This document shows positions 29,546-38,970 of a stretch of 57,596 nucleotides of DNA, one piece after another; positions within the stretch are counted from its first letter, which is position 1, and each line of letters opens with the position of its first letter. The translations under genes and the position numbers were made by a program. This DNA is from SAR86 cluster bacterium (GTDB lineage Bacteria; Pseudomonadota; Gammaproteobacteria; Magnimaribacterales; D2472). Below the pieces are notes generated by a model, which searched no databases, was not told the origin of the DNA, and was given only the letters and a program-made list of their open reading frames with translations. Location: contig QOPI01000004.1 in the NCBI GenBank assembly GCA_003331645.1, positions 1-57,596 of the forward strand, read 5' to 3'.

Positions 29546-30137
29546 GTATTCTTTCAACTGTGTCAACTATACTTACTGTATTTTGATCTAATTCAATATT
29601 TACAAATTGTTTTTTTTCCAAAAGACTTAGATTAGTAACTTTTAAAGTTTCAGGTATTAAATGAATATTAAAATTTGATTTAGATACTTTTCCTACCGTT
29701 AGACTACACCCATTAATGCCTATGTAACCCTTCTCTAAAATATATTTACCTATACCCTTTGGAATAGATATTTTCATATCGGTTGAGTTTTCACTTGTAT
29801 TGACAGAAAGAATTTTTGCAACATTATGTATATGACCTGACATAAGGTGCCCGCCAATCTCAGTATTTGCAGTAATAGATCTCTCTAGATTAACCTTTTG
29901 TCCTTTAGTAAGATTTCCCAAAGTGCTTCTTGCAAGAGTCTCTCCAATCACATCGAATTTAATAGTATCTGATTTGCTATTTTTAGCAGTTAAACAAACT
30001 CCATCAACAGATACGCTAGCTCCTTTTTTAAGGTTTTTTCCAAAATTTTTAGGTGCTGTTATGCTAATCGAAACAATATCATCATTTTCTTTTATAGACT
30101 TAATTGATCCTAGGCCTGCAACAATTCCTGAAAACAT
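29535..30137 (-). CDS. ribE: Riboflavin synthase (alpha chain)
   Basis: MFSGIV, DGVCLT, VNLERS, GGHLMSGHI, NGCSLT, IPETL. Confidence 0.95.
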   Translation of the reverse strand: MFSGIVAGLGSIKSIKENDDIVSISITAPKNFGKNLKKGASVSVDGVCLTAKNSKSDTIKFDVIGETLARSTLGNLTKGQKVNLERSITANTEIGGHLMSGHIHNVAKILSVNTSENSTDMKISIPKGIGKYILEKGYIGINGCSLTVGKVSKSNFNIHLIPETLKVTNLSLLEKKQFVNIELDQNTVSIVDTVERILSR

Positions 30138-30776
30138 TTAAGCTCCCCATTCATCCCTATAAGCTTTGAGCTTATCAAGATATTTTTCATGATTAGGGCT
30201 TGAGGCTGAATAAGAAATAAGTGTATCGAGATTAATTATAGATACAAATTGCATATTAAAAGCTTCTTCAAGTTCTTGTCTTGCAGAAACATCTGTTTGC
30301 CCCTTTTCCTGTCTATCAAGACCTACAAGCATTACTTTAGGCCTAGCTCCAAGTGATTTGATTGTTTCTATCGATTCCTTTGCGGCAGTGCCTGCTGAAA
30401 TAACATCATCTATTATTAATACATCGCCCTGAGGATCATTTCCGATTATATTTCCACCTTCACCATGGTCCTTTACTTCCTTTCTATTAAATGCCAGTGG
30501 ATACACTTCATCATGCTGACTAAATATCATAGAGACTATCGAGCCTAAAAAAATTCCTTTATATGCAGGACCATAGATGCAATCAAAAGATATGTTTGCA
30601 TCTTTTATTGCTTCTCGGTAACAAATCGCTAACTGATATAAATGTCCGCCATTGAGCATTTTTGCAGCGTTAAAAAAATATGGGCTTTGTCTGCCAGACT
30701 TAAGAGTAAAGTCTCCAAATTCTAAGACTTTTGCATGCAGTGTTAATTCAAGAAATTGTTTTTGATATTCTTTCAA
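30138..30776 (-). CDS. pyrE: Orotate phosphoribosyltransferase
   Basis: FGDFTLKSGRQSPYFFN, GPAYKGI, NRKEVKDHGEGG, IIDDVISAGT. Confidence 0.96.
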   Translation of the reverse strand: MKEYQKQFLELTLHAKVLEFGDFTLKSGRQSPYFFNAAKMLNGGHLYQLAICYREAIKDANISFDCIYGPAYKGIFLGSIVSMIFSQHDEVYPLAFNRKEVKDHGEGGNIIGNDPQGDVLIIDDVISAGTAAKESIETIKSLGARPKVMLVGLDRQEKGQTDVSARQELEEAFNMQFVSIINLDTLISYSASSPNHEKYLDKLKAYRDEWGA

Positions 30777-31481
30777 TTATTTTAAACAAGATTTTTGTAT
30801 TTCAATAATATCATTAATAGCAACTTTGCCAATATCTAACATATTATTGAGCTCATCTTGTGAAAATGGAGCTTCTTCAGCTGTACCTTGAATCTCAATA
30901 ATATTAAGGTCTTCAGTTACAACAAGATTTAGGTCAGTGTCTGCATTGCTATCTTCCTTATAGTCTAGGTCAAGTAGCACTTCTTGATCAATAATCCCAA
31001 GCGACACAGCAGCAACATAAGATTTTATTGCTCTATGATCATCATGATGATTTTGGAGAGCTTGAAATAAAGCAACACAACCACCTGTTATTGAAGCTGT
31101 TCTTGTTCCACCATCAGCTTGGAGCACATCACAATCAATATTAATTGTCTTGCCTTGGATATACTTAAGATCAACAGCTTGTCTTAATGATCTTCCAATT
31201 AGCCTTTGAATCTCTTGTGTTCTTCCGCTTTGTTTACCTCTAGCTGCCTCTCTATTCATTCGATCATTGGTAGAGCGCGGCAGCATCCCGTATTCAGCAG
31301 TTATCCAGCCCTCATTACTTCCACGCATCCATCGAGGAACACTATCCTCAATAGTCGCAGTACACAGAACATGAGTGTTGCCAAATTTAACTAAAGCTGA
31401 GCCTTCAGCATGGATATTTACATCAGTCTCAATTGAAACTTCTCTGAGTTGATTTAATTCTCTGTTATTGCTTCTTTGCAT
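30777..31481 (-). CDS. rph: Ribonuclease PH
   Basis: AEYGMLPRST, GRTQEIQRLIGRSLR, DVLQADGGTRTASITG. Confidence 0.97.
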   Translation of the reverse strand: MQRSNNRELNQLREVSIETDVNIHAEGSALVKFGNTHVLCTATIEDSVPRWMRGSNEGWITAEYGMLPRSTNDRMNREAARGKQSGRTQEIQRLIGRSLRQAVDLKYIQGKTINIDCDVLQADGGTRTASITGGCVALFQALQNHHDDHRAIKSYVAAVSLGIIDQEVLLDLDYKEDSNADTDLNLVVTEDLNIIEIQGTAEEAPFSQDELNNMLDIGKVAINDIIEIQKSCLK

Positions 31482-31522
31482 ACTCAGACCCTCTAGATTT
31501 TATAATTATGCTGATTTTCAGA

Positions 31523-31966
31523 TTAATTTAATTGATCTTTGACTATTTTACTAACAAGGCCCATATCAGCAGAGCCAGCTAGGGAAGTCTTTAGAGCACC
31601 CATTACTTTTCCAATATCTTGCATTGATTCTGCGCCTATTTCATTTATTGTAGCTTGTACTTTTTCTGTAATCTCAGCTTCACTAAGTTGTGCTGGTTTA
31701 TATGCTGAGAGAATATCTAGTTCAGTCTTTTCTATTTTAGCTAAGTCAGGCCTATTACCTTTTGTGAATTGCTCAATTGAATCATTTCTTTGTTTAACCA
31801 TTTTATTGATAATTTGCAGAACCTTAGCATCGTCAATTTCAACCTTATTATCAATTGCATATCGCTGTATTTCAGCCAACAACATTCTTAAAGTGTCCCT
31901 GGAATCTGTATCTTTAGCAAGCATGGCTTGCTTGAGGTGTGATTTAATATCTGCGAGAAGCACCAA
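31523..31966 (-). CDS. GatB/YqeY domain protein
   Basis: KQRNDSIEQF..GNRPDLA..E, MQDIGKVMG, ADMGLVS; downstream of rpsU. Confidence 0.92.
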   Translation of the reverse strand: MVLLADIKSHLKQAMLAKDTDSRDTLRMLLAEIQRYAIDNKVEIDDAKVLQIINKMVKQRNDSIEQFTKGNRPDLAKIEKTELDILSAYKPAQLSEAEITEKVQATINEIGAESMQDIGKVMGALKTSLAGSADMGLVSKIVKDQLN

Positions 31967-31969
31967 GAT

Positions 31970-32188
31970 TTATCTGTAAGATCTTTGTCTTGAAAATGAG
32001 AACTTTCTATTAGTCTTGTGAGCTCTTTTAACAGCTGCTGCCATTAAGCGTTTTCTTTTGGCAGTTGGCTTTTCATAAAACTCTCTTGCTCTTATTTCTG
32101 GCACGATAGCAGCTTTTTCGCAAGCGCGCTTAAACTTTCTAAGACCAATGTCAAAATGTTCTGTATCTTTTATTATAATAGAAGGCAT
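31970..32188 (-). CDS. rpsU: 30S ribosomal protein S21
   Basis: [28 protein letters not shown]. Confidence 0.96.
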   Translation of the reverse strand: MPSIIIKDTEHFDIGLRKFKRACEKAAIVPEIRAREFYEKPTAKRKRLMAAAVKRAHKTNRKFSFSRQRSYR

Positions 32189-32238
32189 AATTAGTCGCGT
32201 AGTTTAGGCTTTTATGAGGAAATTTGCAAAACTTTTTT

Positions 32239-33234
32239 ATGTTAACTTTAGGTATTGAAACATCATGTGACGAAACTGCTGTAGCAATATACGACAGCGG
32301 GAAGGGCATTGTTGGCGAATCTGTATTTAGCCAGATCGATATGCATGCTGAATATGGTGGCGTTGTTCCAGAACTGGCCTCTAGAGATCACTGTTTAAAA
32401 ATAATATCTGTGCTCGAGGAGGCTTTAGGTAAAGGCAAAATTGAAGATATTGACCAAATAGCATATACATCAGGCCCTGGATTGCTTGGAGCTTTGCTTG
32501 TAGGTGAAAGCTTTGCACATGGATTAGCTGCAGGACTTGGAGTGCCAACTATTCCAGTTCATCATCTAGAAGCACATCTCATGGCGCCAGCTTTAGATTT
32601 TGATGATATTAATTTCCCCTTTATTTCTTTACTGGTATCAGGAGGACATTCATTAATAATAGATGTAAAGGGCCTTGGCGAATATTCTATATTAGGCGAA
32701 TCACAAGATGATGCAGTTGGCGAAGCATTTGATAAAGTTGGAAAGCTTCTAAAACTTCCATATCCAGGCGGCCCGCATATAGAAAGAATTGCAAAAGAAG
32801 GTAATCCAAAAAAATTTAATTATCCAAGACCGATGATTAATAAGAATAATCTAGACTTGAGTTTTAGCGGCTTAAAAACAGCTGTCTTATATTCAATTAG
32901 AGACTTGGATAATCTTGATGAGCATATTCCTGACATTGCGGCTTCATTTCAAAGAGCGGCTATCGATGTCTTAGTTTCCAAGATTAAAAAATCTATGCTG
33001 CAAACCTCAAGAGATACCCTTATTTTAGCTGGCGGTGTTGCAGCTAATGGATTATTACGAAAAGAAATGAGTAATTTGGAGAATGAAATGGGTATTAAGG
33101 TAAGATATCCAGCTATGAAACACTGTACAGATAATGCAGCAATGATAGCCTATTTAGGATCTTTAAAAACACCTGATTTATCTAATCAAGGTCAATCATG
33201 TGCTAGGCCAAGATGGCCTTTAAATGAGGTATAA
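32239..33234 (+). CDS. tsaD: tRNA threonylcarbamoyltransferase TsaD
   Basis: LGIETSCDET, GGVVPELASRDH, HHLEAH, LVSGGH, CTDNAAMIA; start uncertain (32224 or 32239). Confidence 0.96.
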   Translation: MLTLGIETSCDETAVAIYDSGKGIVGESVFSQIDMHAEYGGVVPELASRDHCLKIISVLEEALGKGKIEDIDQIAYTSGPGLLGALLVGESFAHGLAAGLGVPTIPVHHLEAHLMAPALDFDDINFPFISLLVSGGHSLIIDVKGLGEYSILGESQDDAVGEAFDKVGKLLKLPYPGGPHIERIAKEGNPKKFNYPRPMINKNNLDLSFSGLKTAVLYSIRDLDNLDEHIPDIAASFQRAAIDVLVSKIKKSMLQTSRDTLILAGGVAANGLLRKEMSNLENEMGIKVRYPAMKHCTDNAAMIAYLGSLKTPDLSNQGQSCARPRWPLNEV

Positions 33235-33235
33235 A

Positions 33236-33583
33236 ATGGAAGATGTGATTTATATTAAAGATTTACGCATTAAAACTATCATCGGTATTTTTGATTGGGA
33301 AAGAAAAGAAAAACAAGAAGTAAGTATCGATATGGAATTTCCATTTGATTGTAAAAAAGCTGCAGCCACTGATTCAATTGAAGATGCTATTGATTACAAG
33401 GCTATCACTAAGGGCGTCATTAAGTTTGTTGAAGAATCATCTTTTCAACTTCAAGAAACTCTTGCTGAAAATATAGCGGCTTTGGTAAAAGAAAAATATG
33501 GCGTTAAATCCATAAAATTAAGAGTCTCTAAGCCAGGAGCATTAAGAGGCTCAAAAGATGTAGGTTTGATTATTTACAGATGA
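33236..33583 (+). CDS. folB: Dihydroneopterin aldolase
   Basis: IGIFDWER..KQ, IDYK, LQETLAE, KPGAL...VG; GAGG precedes ATG 33236. Confidence 0.93.
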   Translation: MEDVIYIKDLRIKTIIGIFDWERKEKQEVSIDMEFPFDCKKAAATDSIEDAIDYKAITKGVIKFVEESSFQLQETLAENIAALVKEKYGVKSIKLRVSKPGALRGSKDVGLIIYR

Positions 33584-33957
33584 TGAAATATTACCTTTCT
33601 CTAGGGAGCAATATAAATGCTGAGGCTAATCTGATATTAGCGATTGAAAAGTTACAAAAGATCCTTAAAAAAACCGAATTCTCATCAGTACATCAAACAA
33701 AAGCAGAAGGTTTCGAAGGCGATGATTTTTTAAATTTAGTCATGAGTGGTGAATCAGAACTAACTTTTGATAATTTAAATATCAAACTTAAAGAGATAGA
33801 GGATGAGTCTGGAAGAAGAAGAGATGTTCCAAAGTTTAGTGCTAGAACTCTAGATGTTGATATTGTTCTTCAGTTAGAAGATGATGAAATATTATTTGAA
33901 AGTGATGAAGTTGAAAAATATTCATTTGTTTCAAATCCACTTAAAGAAATAATTTAA
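33580..33957 (+). CDS. folK: Hydroxymethyldihydropterin pyrophosphokinase-like protein (short FolK)
   Basis: LSLGSN, DFLN, ARTLDVDI, FV..PL; downstream of folB. Confidence 0.82.
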   Translation: MMKYYLSLGSNINAEANLILAIEKLQKILKKTEFSSVHQTKAEGFEGDDFLNLVMSGESELTFDNLNIKLKEIEDESGRRRDVPKFSARTLDVDIVLQLEDDEILFESDEVEKYSFVSNPLKEII

Positions 33958-33967
33958 AGAGGACCTT

Positions 33968-34582
33968 TTGAAAACTAACAAATTTATTAGAAGCCTTCAT
34001 AGGTATCTTAGTATCTTTATAGCAATACAATTATTGCTATGGACAGTATCTGGAATCTATTTTGCTTTTAACAAAATAGAGCTCATTAGAGGGGAACAAT
34101 ATAGACTACCTTCAAACGTTGAGTATAGAATATTCGATAGATTGGGCCAACAGGTTATAGCCTCTAATAAAGATGGCAATATAGTTTATAGAACCTATCC
34201 TGAAGGTAATATGTTAGAAAAACTTTCAGTCGAAGAAGCAAAACTTATTGCCTCGATAAAAACTTCACTTGAGCCAGTTTCAGCTATCTTATTAACTGAA
34301 AGCTCGCCAGGTTCTGAGTATAGAGGCAGGTCACTACCTATATACCAAATTACTACCTCATCAAAGGATGATATAAATATTTATTTAGATCCTTTGAGTG
34401 GAGATGTGCTGGCAATAAGATCTAATTCATGGCGAATGTGGGATTTTTTATGGTCGCTGCACATTATGGATTATGACCAAAGAGATAATATTAATAATTT
34501 CTTATTAAGATTATTTTCTATTCTTGCATTAGTATCATCAATTTCTGGAATTTTATTATTCTTTTTTAGTAAGAAGAAATAG
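33968..34582 (+). CDS. PepSY-associated TM helix domain protein
   Basis: RSLHRYLSIFIAIQLLLWTVSG, YLDPLSG, WRMWDFLWSLHIMDY. Confidence 0.75.
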   Translation: MKTNKFIRSLHRYLSIFIAIQLLLWTVSGIYFAFNKIELIRGEQYRLPSNVEYRIFDRLGQQVIASNKDGNIVYRTYPEGNMLEKLSVEEAKLIASIKTSLEPVSAILLTESSPGSEYRGRSLPIYQITTSSKDDINIYLDPLSGDVLAIRSNSWRMWDFLWSLHIMDYDQRDNINNFLLRLFSILALVSSISGILLFFFSKKK

Positions 34583-34583
34583 G

Positions 34584-35645
34584 CTACTTAAAGTTTGTTT
34601 CAACTATATTCCAGGCGGCTTTAGATATTGGAAAGACTTGCATGCCTCTTTCTTCGGCATGTTTACTCGAAGCTGTGCCATCTCTAACTCTGCCAAGAAT
34701 ACCTTGAAGTATTGCTGCAATCTTAAACATATTAAAGACCATATAAAATTCCCAATTTTTAGATAAATCTTTACCGGTATATTCAGAATACATATCTCTA
34801 TATTCAACTTCAGATGGTATACCAAGTTCTTTAATCAACTTTAAGTCACTCATAGCAGGCAGAGTTCTCCAGGTAAGACAGTGATAGCTAAAATCTGCAA
34901 TTGGATGCCCTAAAGTCGAAAGTTCCCAATCTAACACTCCAATAACTTCGTGATTTTTGTAGATCATATTATCAAGTCTATAATCCCCATGAACAATAGA
35001 GGTTTCATCATCGTCAGGTATATTATCAGCTAGCCATTCAATTAGATTATCCATTTCAGGAATTGTTTCAGTTTCAGATGCTAAATATTGTTTCGTCCAT
35101 CTACTTACCTGTCTTGCAACATAATTTCCAGGCTTTCCATAAGTCTCAAGACCAATCTTTTTATAGTCAACTGTGTGTAAGGCGGCTAAGACCTTATTCT
35201 TTTGTTGATATATTTTTATTCTTTCTTCTTTTGATAATTTTGGCAGCATATGGTCCCAATACACCTCACCATCAAGAAAATCCATTACAAAAAATGGAGT
35301 ACCAACTACATCTTCATCTTCACATAGACCATAGGTCTTAGGAACAGGAACGTTAGTCTGACTTAAAGCAGTTATAACTCTATATTCTCTATCAACAGCA
35401 TGTGCACTTGGAAGAAGTTTTCCTGGAGGCTTACGCCTTAATACTAAGTTATTATTTTCAGTAGTAATTTTATAAGTAGGATTACTTTGCCCACCTTTAA
35501 ATTGTTCTACTTTTTTTATCTTTCCGCTAGATTGAATATTTGCATCTATCCATTCTTGTAATTTCTTTTGATCAAACTTCAAATTTTCAGAGACTTCTTT
35601 AGTCCCTAAATAGATATCTTCTATAGATGTCTCACCATCTGTCAT
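34584..35645 (-). CDS. APH-family phosphotransferase (ACAD10/11 N-terminal-like)
   Basis: GGQSNPTY, LRRKPPG.LLPSAHAVDRE, HGDYRLDN, LDWELSTLGHP. Confidence 0.9.
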   Translation of the reverse strand: MTDGETSIEDIYLGTKEVSENLKFDQKKLQEWIDANIQSSGKIKKVEQFKGGQSNPTYKITTENNNLVLRRKPPGKLLPSAHAVDREYRVITALSQTNVPVPKTYGLCEDEDVVGTPFFVMDFLDGEVYWDHMLPKLSKEERIKIYQQKNKVLAALHTVDYKKIGLETYGKPGNYVARQVSRWTKQYLASETETIPEMDNLIEWLADNIPDDDETSIVHGDYRLDNMIYKNHEVIGVLDWELSTLGHPIADFSYHCLTWRTLPAMSDLKLIKELGIPSEVEYRDMYSEYTGKDLSKNWEFYMVFNMFKIAAILQGILGRVRDGTASSKHAEERGMQVFPISKAAWNIVETNFK

Positions 35646-36370
35646 GCTAACGACCGCCCTCCATCAACTTTTATAGTTTGCCCCGTGATATATCTTGAAT
35701 CAACTAAAAATTTAACAGCATGTGCTATATCACTTTCGTTACCTATTCTATTTAATGGAATCTTCTTAAGAATATTATTCAATTCATCTTCGCTCCAAGA
35801 TTTTCCTGGTGGTTCTAAAATTGCTCCTGGCGCAATCGCATTTACCTTTATTTTAGGTGCTAATTCTTTTGCTAGCGCTTTAGTGATTGCTTGTAAGCCT
35901 CCTTTAGCAGCGGAATAAATTGAAAATCCAGCCATCCCTTTATCAATATTAATATCCGTTATGTTTACTATTGAGCCCGATGATTCCTCCAATAAATGTG
36001 CTAAGCCTCTTGAAATGAATAACGGACCTTTTAAATTACTACCCATAAGATTATCCCAGTTTTCATTAGATATATCTGATAGGGGAGTCGCATAGAAACT
36101 TGAAGCATTATTAATAAGAGCATCAATTTGACCATAAGATGCACTGGCTTCATTAATAAGCCTTTCGATATCTTGATCTTTATCAAGATTGGCTTGAACT
36201 ATTGCAGCACTACCTTCTCGATTATGATTTAACTCTTTGGCAAGCTCTAAAGCAGCATCAGCTGAATTGTTGTAATGGATAATCACATTCCAATTATCAT
36301 CTGCAAAGACTTTTGAAATTTCTTTTCCAATTCTTTGTGCAGCGCCTGTAACAAGGATAACTTTATGCAT
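35642..36370 (-). CDS. Pteridine reductase (FolM/PTR1-like SDR)
   Basis: TGAAQRIG, IHYNNS, NNASSF, IVNITD, YSAAK, VNAIAPG. Confidence 0.85.
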   Translation of the reverse strand: MHKVILVTGAAQRIGKEISKVFADDNWNVIIHYNNSADAALELAKELNHNREGSAAIVQANLDKDQDIERLINEASASYGQIDALINNASSFYATPLSDISNENWDNLMGSNLKGPLFISRGLAHLLEESSGSIVNITDINIDKGMAGFSIYSAAKGGLQAITKALAKELAPKIKVNAIAPGAILEPPGKSWSEDELNNILKKIPLNRIGNESDIAHAVKFLVDSRYITGQTIKVDGGRSLA

Positions 36371-37385
36371 AAGTATTTTTAATAGCTTTTTTTATGAGAT
36401 GCAATTTAACATTTTTAACCTCATTTTTACTAACTTCTTTCAAAGAAGTGAAATCTTCAGCAAGAACATTTGAGGCAAGTTTGGCAATAAAATCTTTATT
36501 ACTACTTAATATTTTAAGGTTTAAAAGGCCAATCATTTCCTTTTCATTTCTATGGAAATTTAATTTTTCAATACATGTTATAAGATCATTTTCAGGCAAA
36601 TTTTCCTCACACTCAATTAAAGATTTTAGCAGTCCAACATAAAGTTTAAAATTATTAGGTACGGGGACATTTTTTCCAAGTTCAAAATTATTTTTAGCTT
36701 CTAATTCTGCCCATTTTATTTCAGCTGAATTGTCATCACTGCAATCTGGGTTAGTAAGTCTCTCAAGCCATGGCGTAATTAGATTAAAATTTAGAAGTAA
36801 TTTAAAGAACTCTGAAGCATATTTAGATTGAAGCGATCTTTCAATCTCAATCCAAATTCTATCTTTAGATAATTTACTCAGTTCATTTGATTTACTAATC
36901 GTTGTTAACATTTCTTCAGTAGTCTTAGCTATTACAAAATCTTTCAAGTGAGGATAAGTCTTAAATCTGGCGATTCTGATTGCTCTAAGAGGGTCTTCCA
37001 AGAAAGCATCTGATACATGTCTAAATGTTTTAGATTCTATGTCTTTAATACCATCAAAAGGATCTATAAGATTATTGTCTTTATCTCTTGCAATAGCATT
37101 GATTGTAAAATCTCTTCGAGACAGATCTTCTTCTAAAGTAACATCTTTACCAAAATAAAAAGTAAAACCTTTATAGCCGTAACCACTCTTTTTTTCAGTT
37201 CTTGCGAGAGCATATTCTTCTTTTGAATCAGGATGGATGAAAACTGGGAAATCTTTACCAATAGGTTTAAAACCTTTGTTTATCATTTCTTCAGGAGAAG
37301 AGCCAACCACTAACCAGTCTTTATCTTTAGGCGCTTGTCCTAAAAGTTCATCACGTATTGAGCCACCTACTTGATATATCTTCAT
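36363..37385 (-). CDS. cca: tRNA nucleotidyltransferase (CCA-adding enzyme), no evident HD domain
   Basis: VGGSIRD..DKD, GKDFPVF, EYALARTE, RRDFTINA, EDPLRAIR. Confidence 0.92.
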   Translation of the reverse strand: MKIYQVGGSIRDELLGQAPKDKDWLVVGSSPEEMINKGFKPIGKDFPVFIHPDSKEEYALARTEKKSGYGYKGFTFYFGKDVTLEEDLSRRDFTINAIARDKDNNLIDPFDGIKDIESKTFRHVSDAFLEDPLRAIRIARFKTYPHLKDFVIAKTTEEMLTTISKSNELSKLSKDRIWIEIERSLQSKYASEFFKLLLNFNLITPWLERLTNPDCSDDNSAEIKWAELEAKNNFELGKNVPVPNNFKLYVGLLKSLIECEENLPENDLITCIEKLNFHRNEKEMIGLLNLKILSSNKDFIAKLASNVLAEDFTSLKEVSKNEVKNVKLHLIKKAIKNTYA

Positions 37386-38194
37386 AATTTTTTAACTGTA
37401 AATATTTTTTTATCCTCTAAGCGTATGGCTGTTAACTTACCGCCATATACACAGCCTGTATCTAAGCCAATTATATTTTTTATTTTAGTCTTTCCTTCAA
37501 GTGCTGCCCAATGTCCAAATACTAAATTCTCACTAGAACCTTTTAAAATATTTACAGATTCAATAAACCATGGAACTAAATCTTTTTTATGTCTCATGTC
37601 TTTTGCTTTTAAATTCAGATTACCACCCTTATCTAAGTATCGCATTCGAGTAAAACAGTTGATAATAAACCTGTAACGTTTTTTACCTTTCAAACTATCA
37701 TTCCATTTAACAGGCCTGTCCCCCCACATATTTTTTAATACGAAATTTGGTCTAGTTTTTAGATTTGATGAAAGCTCTTTACTTAATTTCATGGCCTTTG
37801 ACAAACTCCAAAAAAATGGAATCCCGGCATGAGATATCCAAAATGTCTCACCATTTTCTTTGATTTTAATTTTAAGTATTAAGGGTTTTCTTATAAGCCA
37901 GTCAAAATATTTTTTAGTATTATTTGACTTTAGAATAGGAGTTAGAGTTTTAGCTTTTTTTTGCTTATTTTGAATTAAGCTTAAAAGATATAAATCATGA
38001 TTTCCTAGAACAGCCTTTATAGAACTTTTATTTTTTAGACAAAAATCTAAGACCTCGCGAGATTGAGGCCCTCTGTTAACTAAATCTCCAGCAAATACCA
38101 AGGTATCATTTAATGGATTAAATTTTATTTTCTTGGTTAGTTTTATAAGTTCTTTAAAACAACCTTGAACATCGCCTATTACGTAAGTAGCCAT
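37382..38194 (-). CDS. apaH: Symmetrical diadenosine tetraphosphatase
   Basis: IGDVQGC, GDLVNRGP, LGNHD, HAGI, FGHWAAL, LDTGCVYG. Confidence 0.95.
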   Translation of the reverse strand: MATYVIGDVQGCFKELIKLTKKIKFNPLNDTLVFAGDLVNRGPQSREVLDFCLKNKSSIKAVLGNHDLYLLSLIQNKQKKAKTLTPILKSNNTKKYFDWLIRKPLILKIKIKENGETFWISHAGIPFFWSLSKAMKLSKELSSNLKTRPNFVLKNMWGDRPVKWNDSLKGKKRYRFIINCFTRMRYLDKGGNLNLKAKDMRHKKDLVPWFIESVNILKGSSENLVFGHWAALEGKTKIKNIIGLDTGCVYGGKLTAIRLEDKKIFTVKKL

Positions 38195-38196
38195 AG

Positions 38197-38970
38197 CTAG
38201 CTTTTATTAACTTCTTTAACAATCTTTAAAAAAGATTCTAGATTAAGCTCTTCAGGCCTACTTTTTTCATTTATACCTATTTTAGACCATTCAATATTTT
38301 TATTTTTTAGATTATTTTTGATATTTTTTCTTCGCGAAGTAAAAGATAAATCAATAATCTCGAAGAAGTCTTTTATTTTTTCATCTTCTAACAGTTTATC
38401 CTTCAAAGGCGTCATTCTAATAAAACTAGAATTCACTTTTGGCTTTATATCAAAAGCTTCTGGAGGTACATCAAATAGTATTTCTGTTGTAAAAAATGCT
38501 GCAAGCTTAATGCCCATTTTCCCCCAATCTTTTGTTCCAGGAGCTCCTGCTATTTTTTCTGCAACTTCTTTTTGAACTAAAAAATGCATATCTTTAATTC
38601 GTTTATTGTACTTAATCATCTTAAGGATAATTTGAGTAGATATATTGTATGGTAAATTTCCCGCAATTCTATGCAATCCCTTGCCCAGAATATTAAGATC
38701 GTTATCTAAAATATTATCTTGAATAAAATTAAAGGTAGCAGGGCCAGAAAATTCTTTTTTTAGGTAAGATATATTAAATTCATCAATATCGATTGCTGTA
38801 ATAGAAATATTTTCTTTATTAAGAATACTAGTAAGAGCTCCCATGCCAGGACCTATTTCAAAAAATTTATCATTAGGCTGAGGGCTAATTGATTGTTCTA
38901 TTTCAAAAAGAATGGCGGGATCTTTGAGGTAGTTTTGTCCAAATTTTCTTCTCTTATCTCTTTGATTCAT
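38197..38970 (-). CDS. rsmA: 16S rRNA adenine dimethyltransferase
   Basis: FGQNYL, EIGPGMG, GNLPYNIST, QKEVA. Confidence 0.95.
   Translation of the reverse strand: MNQRDKRRKFGQNYLKDPAILFEIEQSISPQPNDKFFEIGPGMGALTSILNKENISITAIDIDEFNISYLKKEFSGPATFNFIQDNILDNDLNILGKGLHRIAGNLPYNISTQIILKMIKYNKRIKDMHFLVQKEVAEKIAGAPGTKDWGKMGIKLAAFFTTEILFDVPPEAFDIKPKVNSSFIRMTPLKDKLLEDEKIKDFFEIIDLSFTSRRKNIKNNLKNKNIEWSKIGINEKSRPEELNLESFLKIVKEVNKS

Noticed and set aside
31539-31979. 146-aa plus-strand ORF
   Set aside because: Antisense to yqeY, Ser/Ile-rich shadow composition, no recognisable motif
19203-33235. N-terminal extensions of hppA (19203), gmk (25003), ridA (28165) and folB (33224) in the ORF track
   Set aside because: Longest-ORF artefacts; downstream ATGs fit family N-termini and RBS positions better
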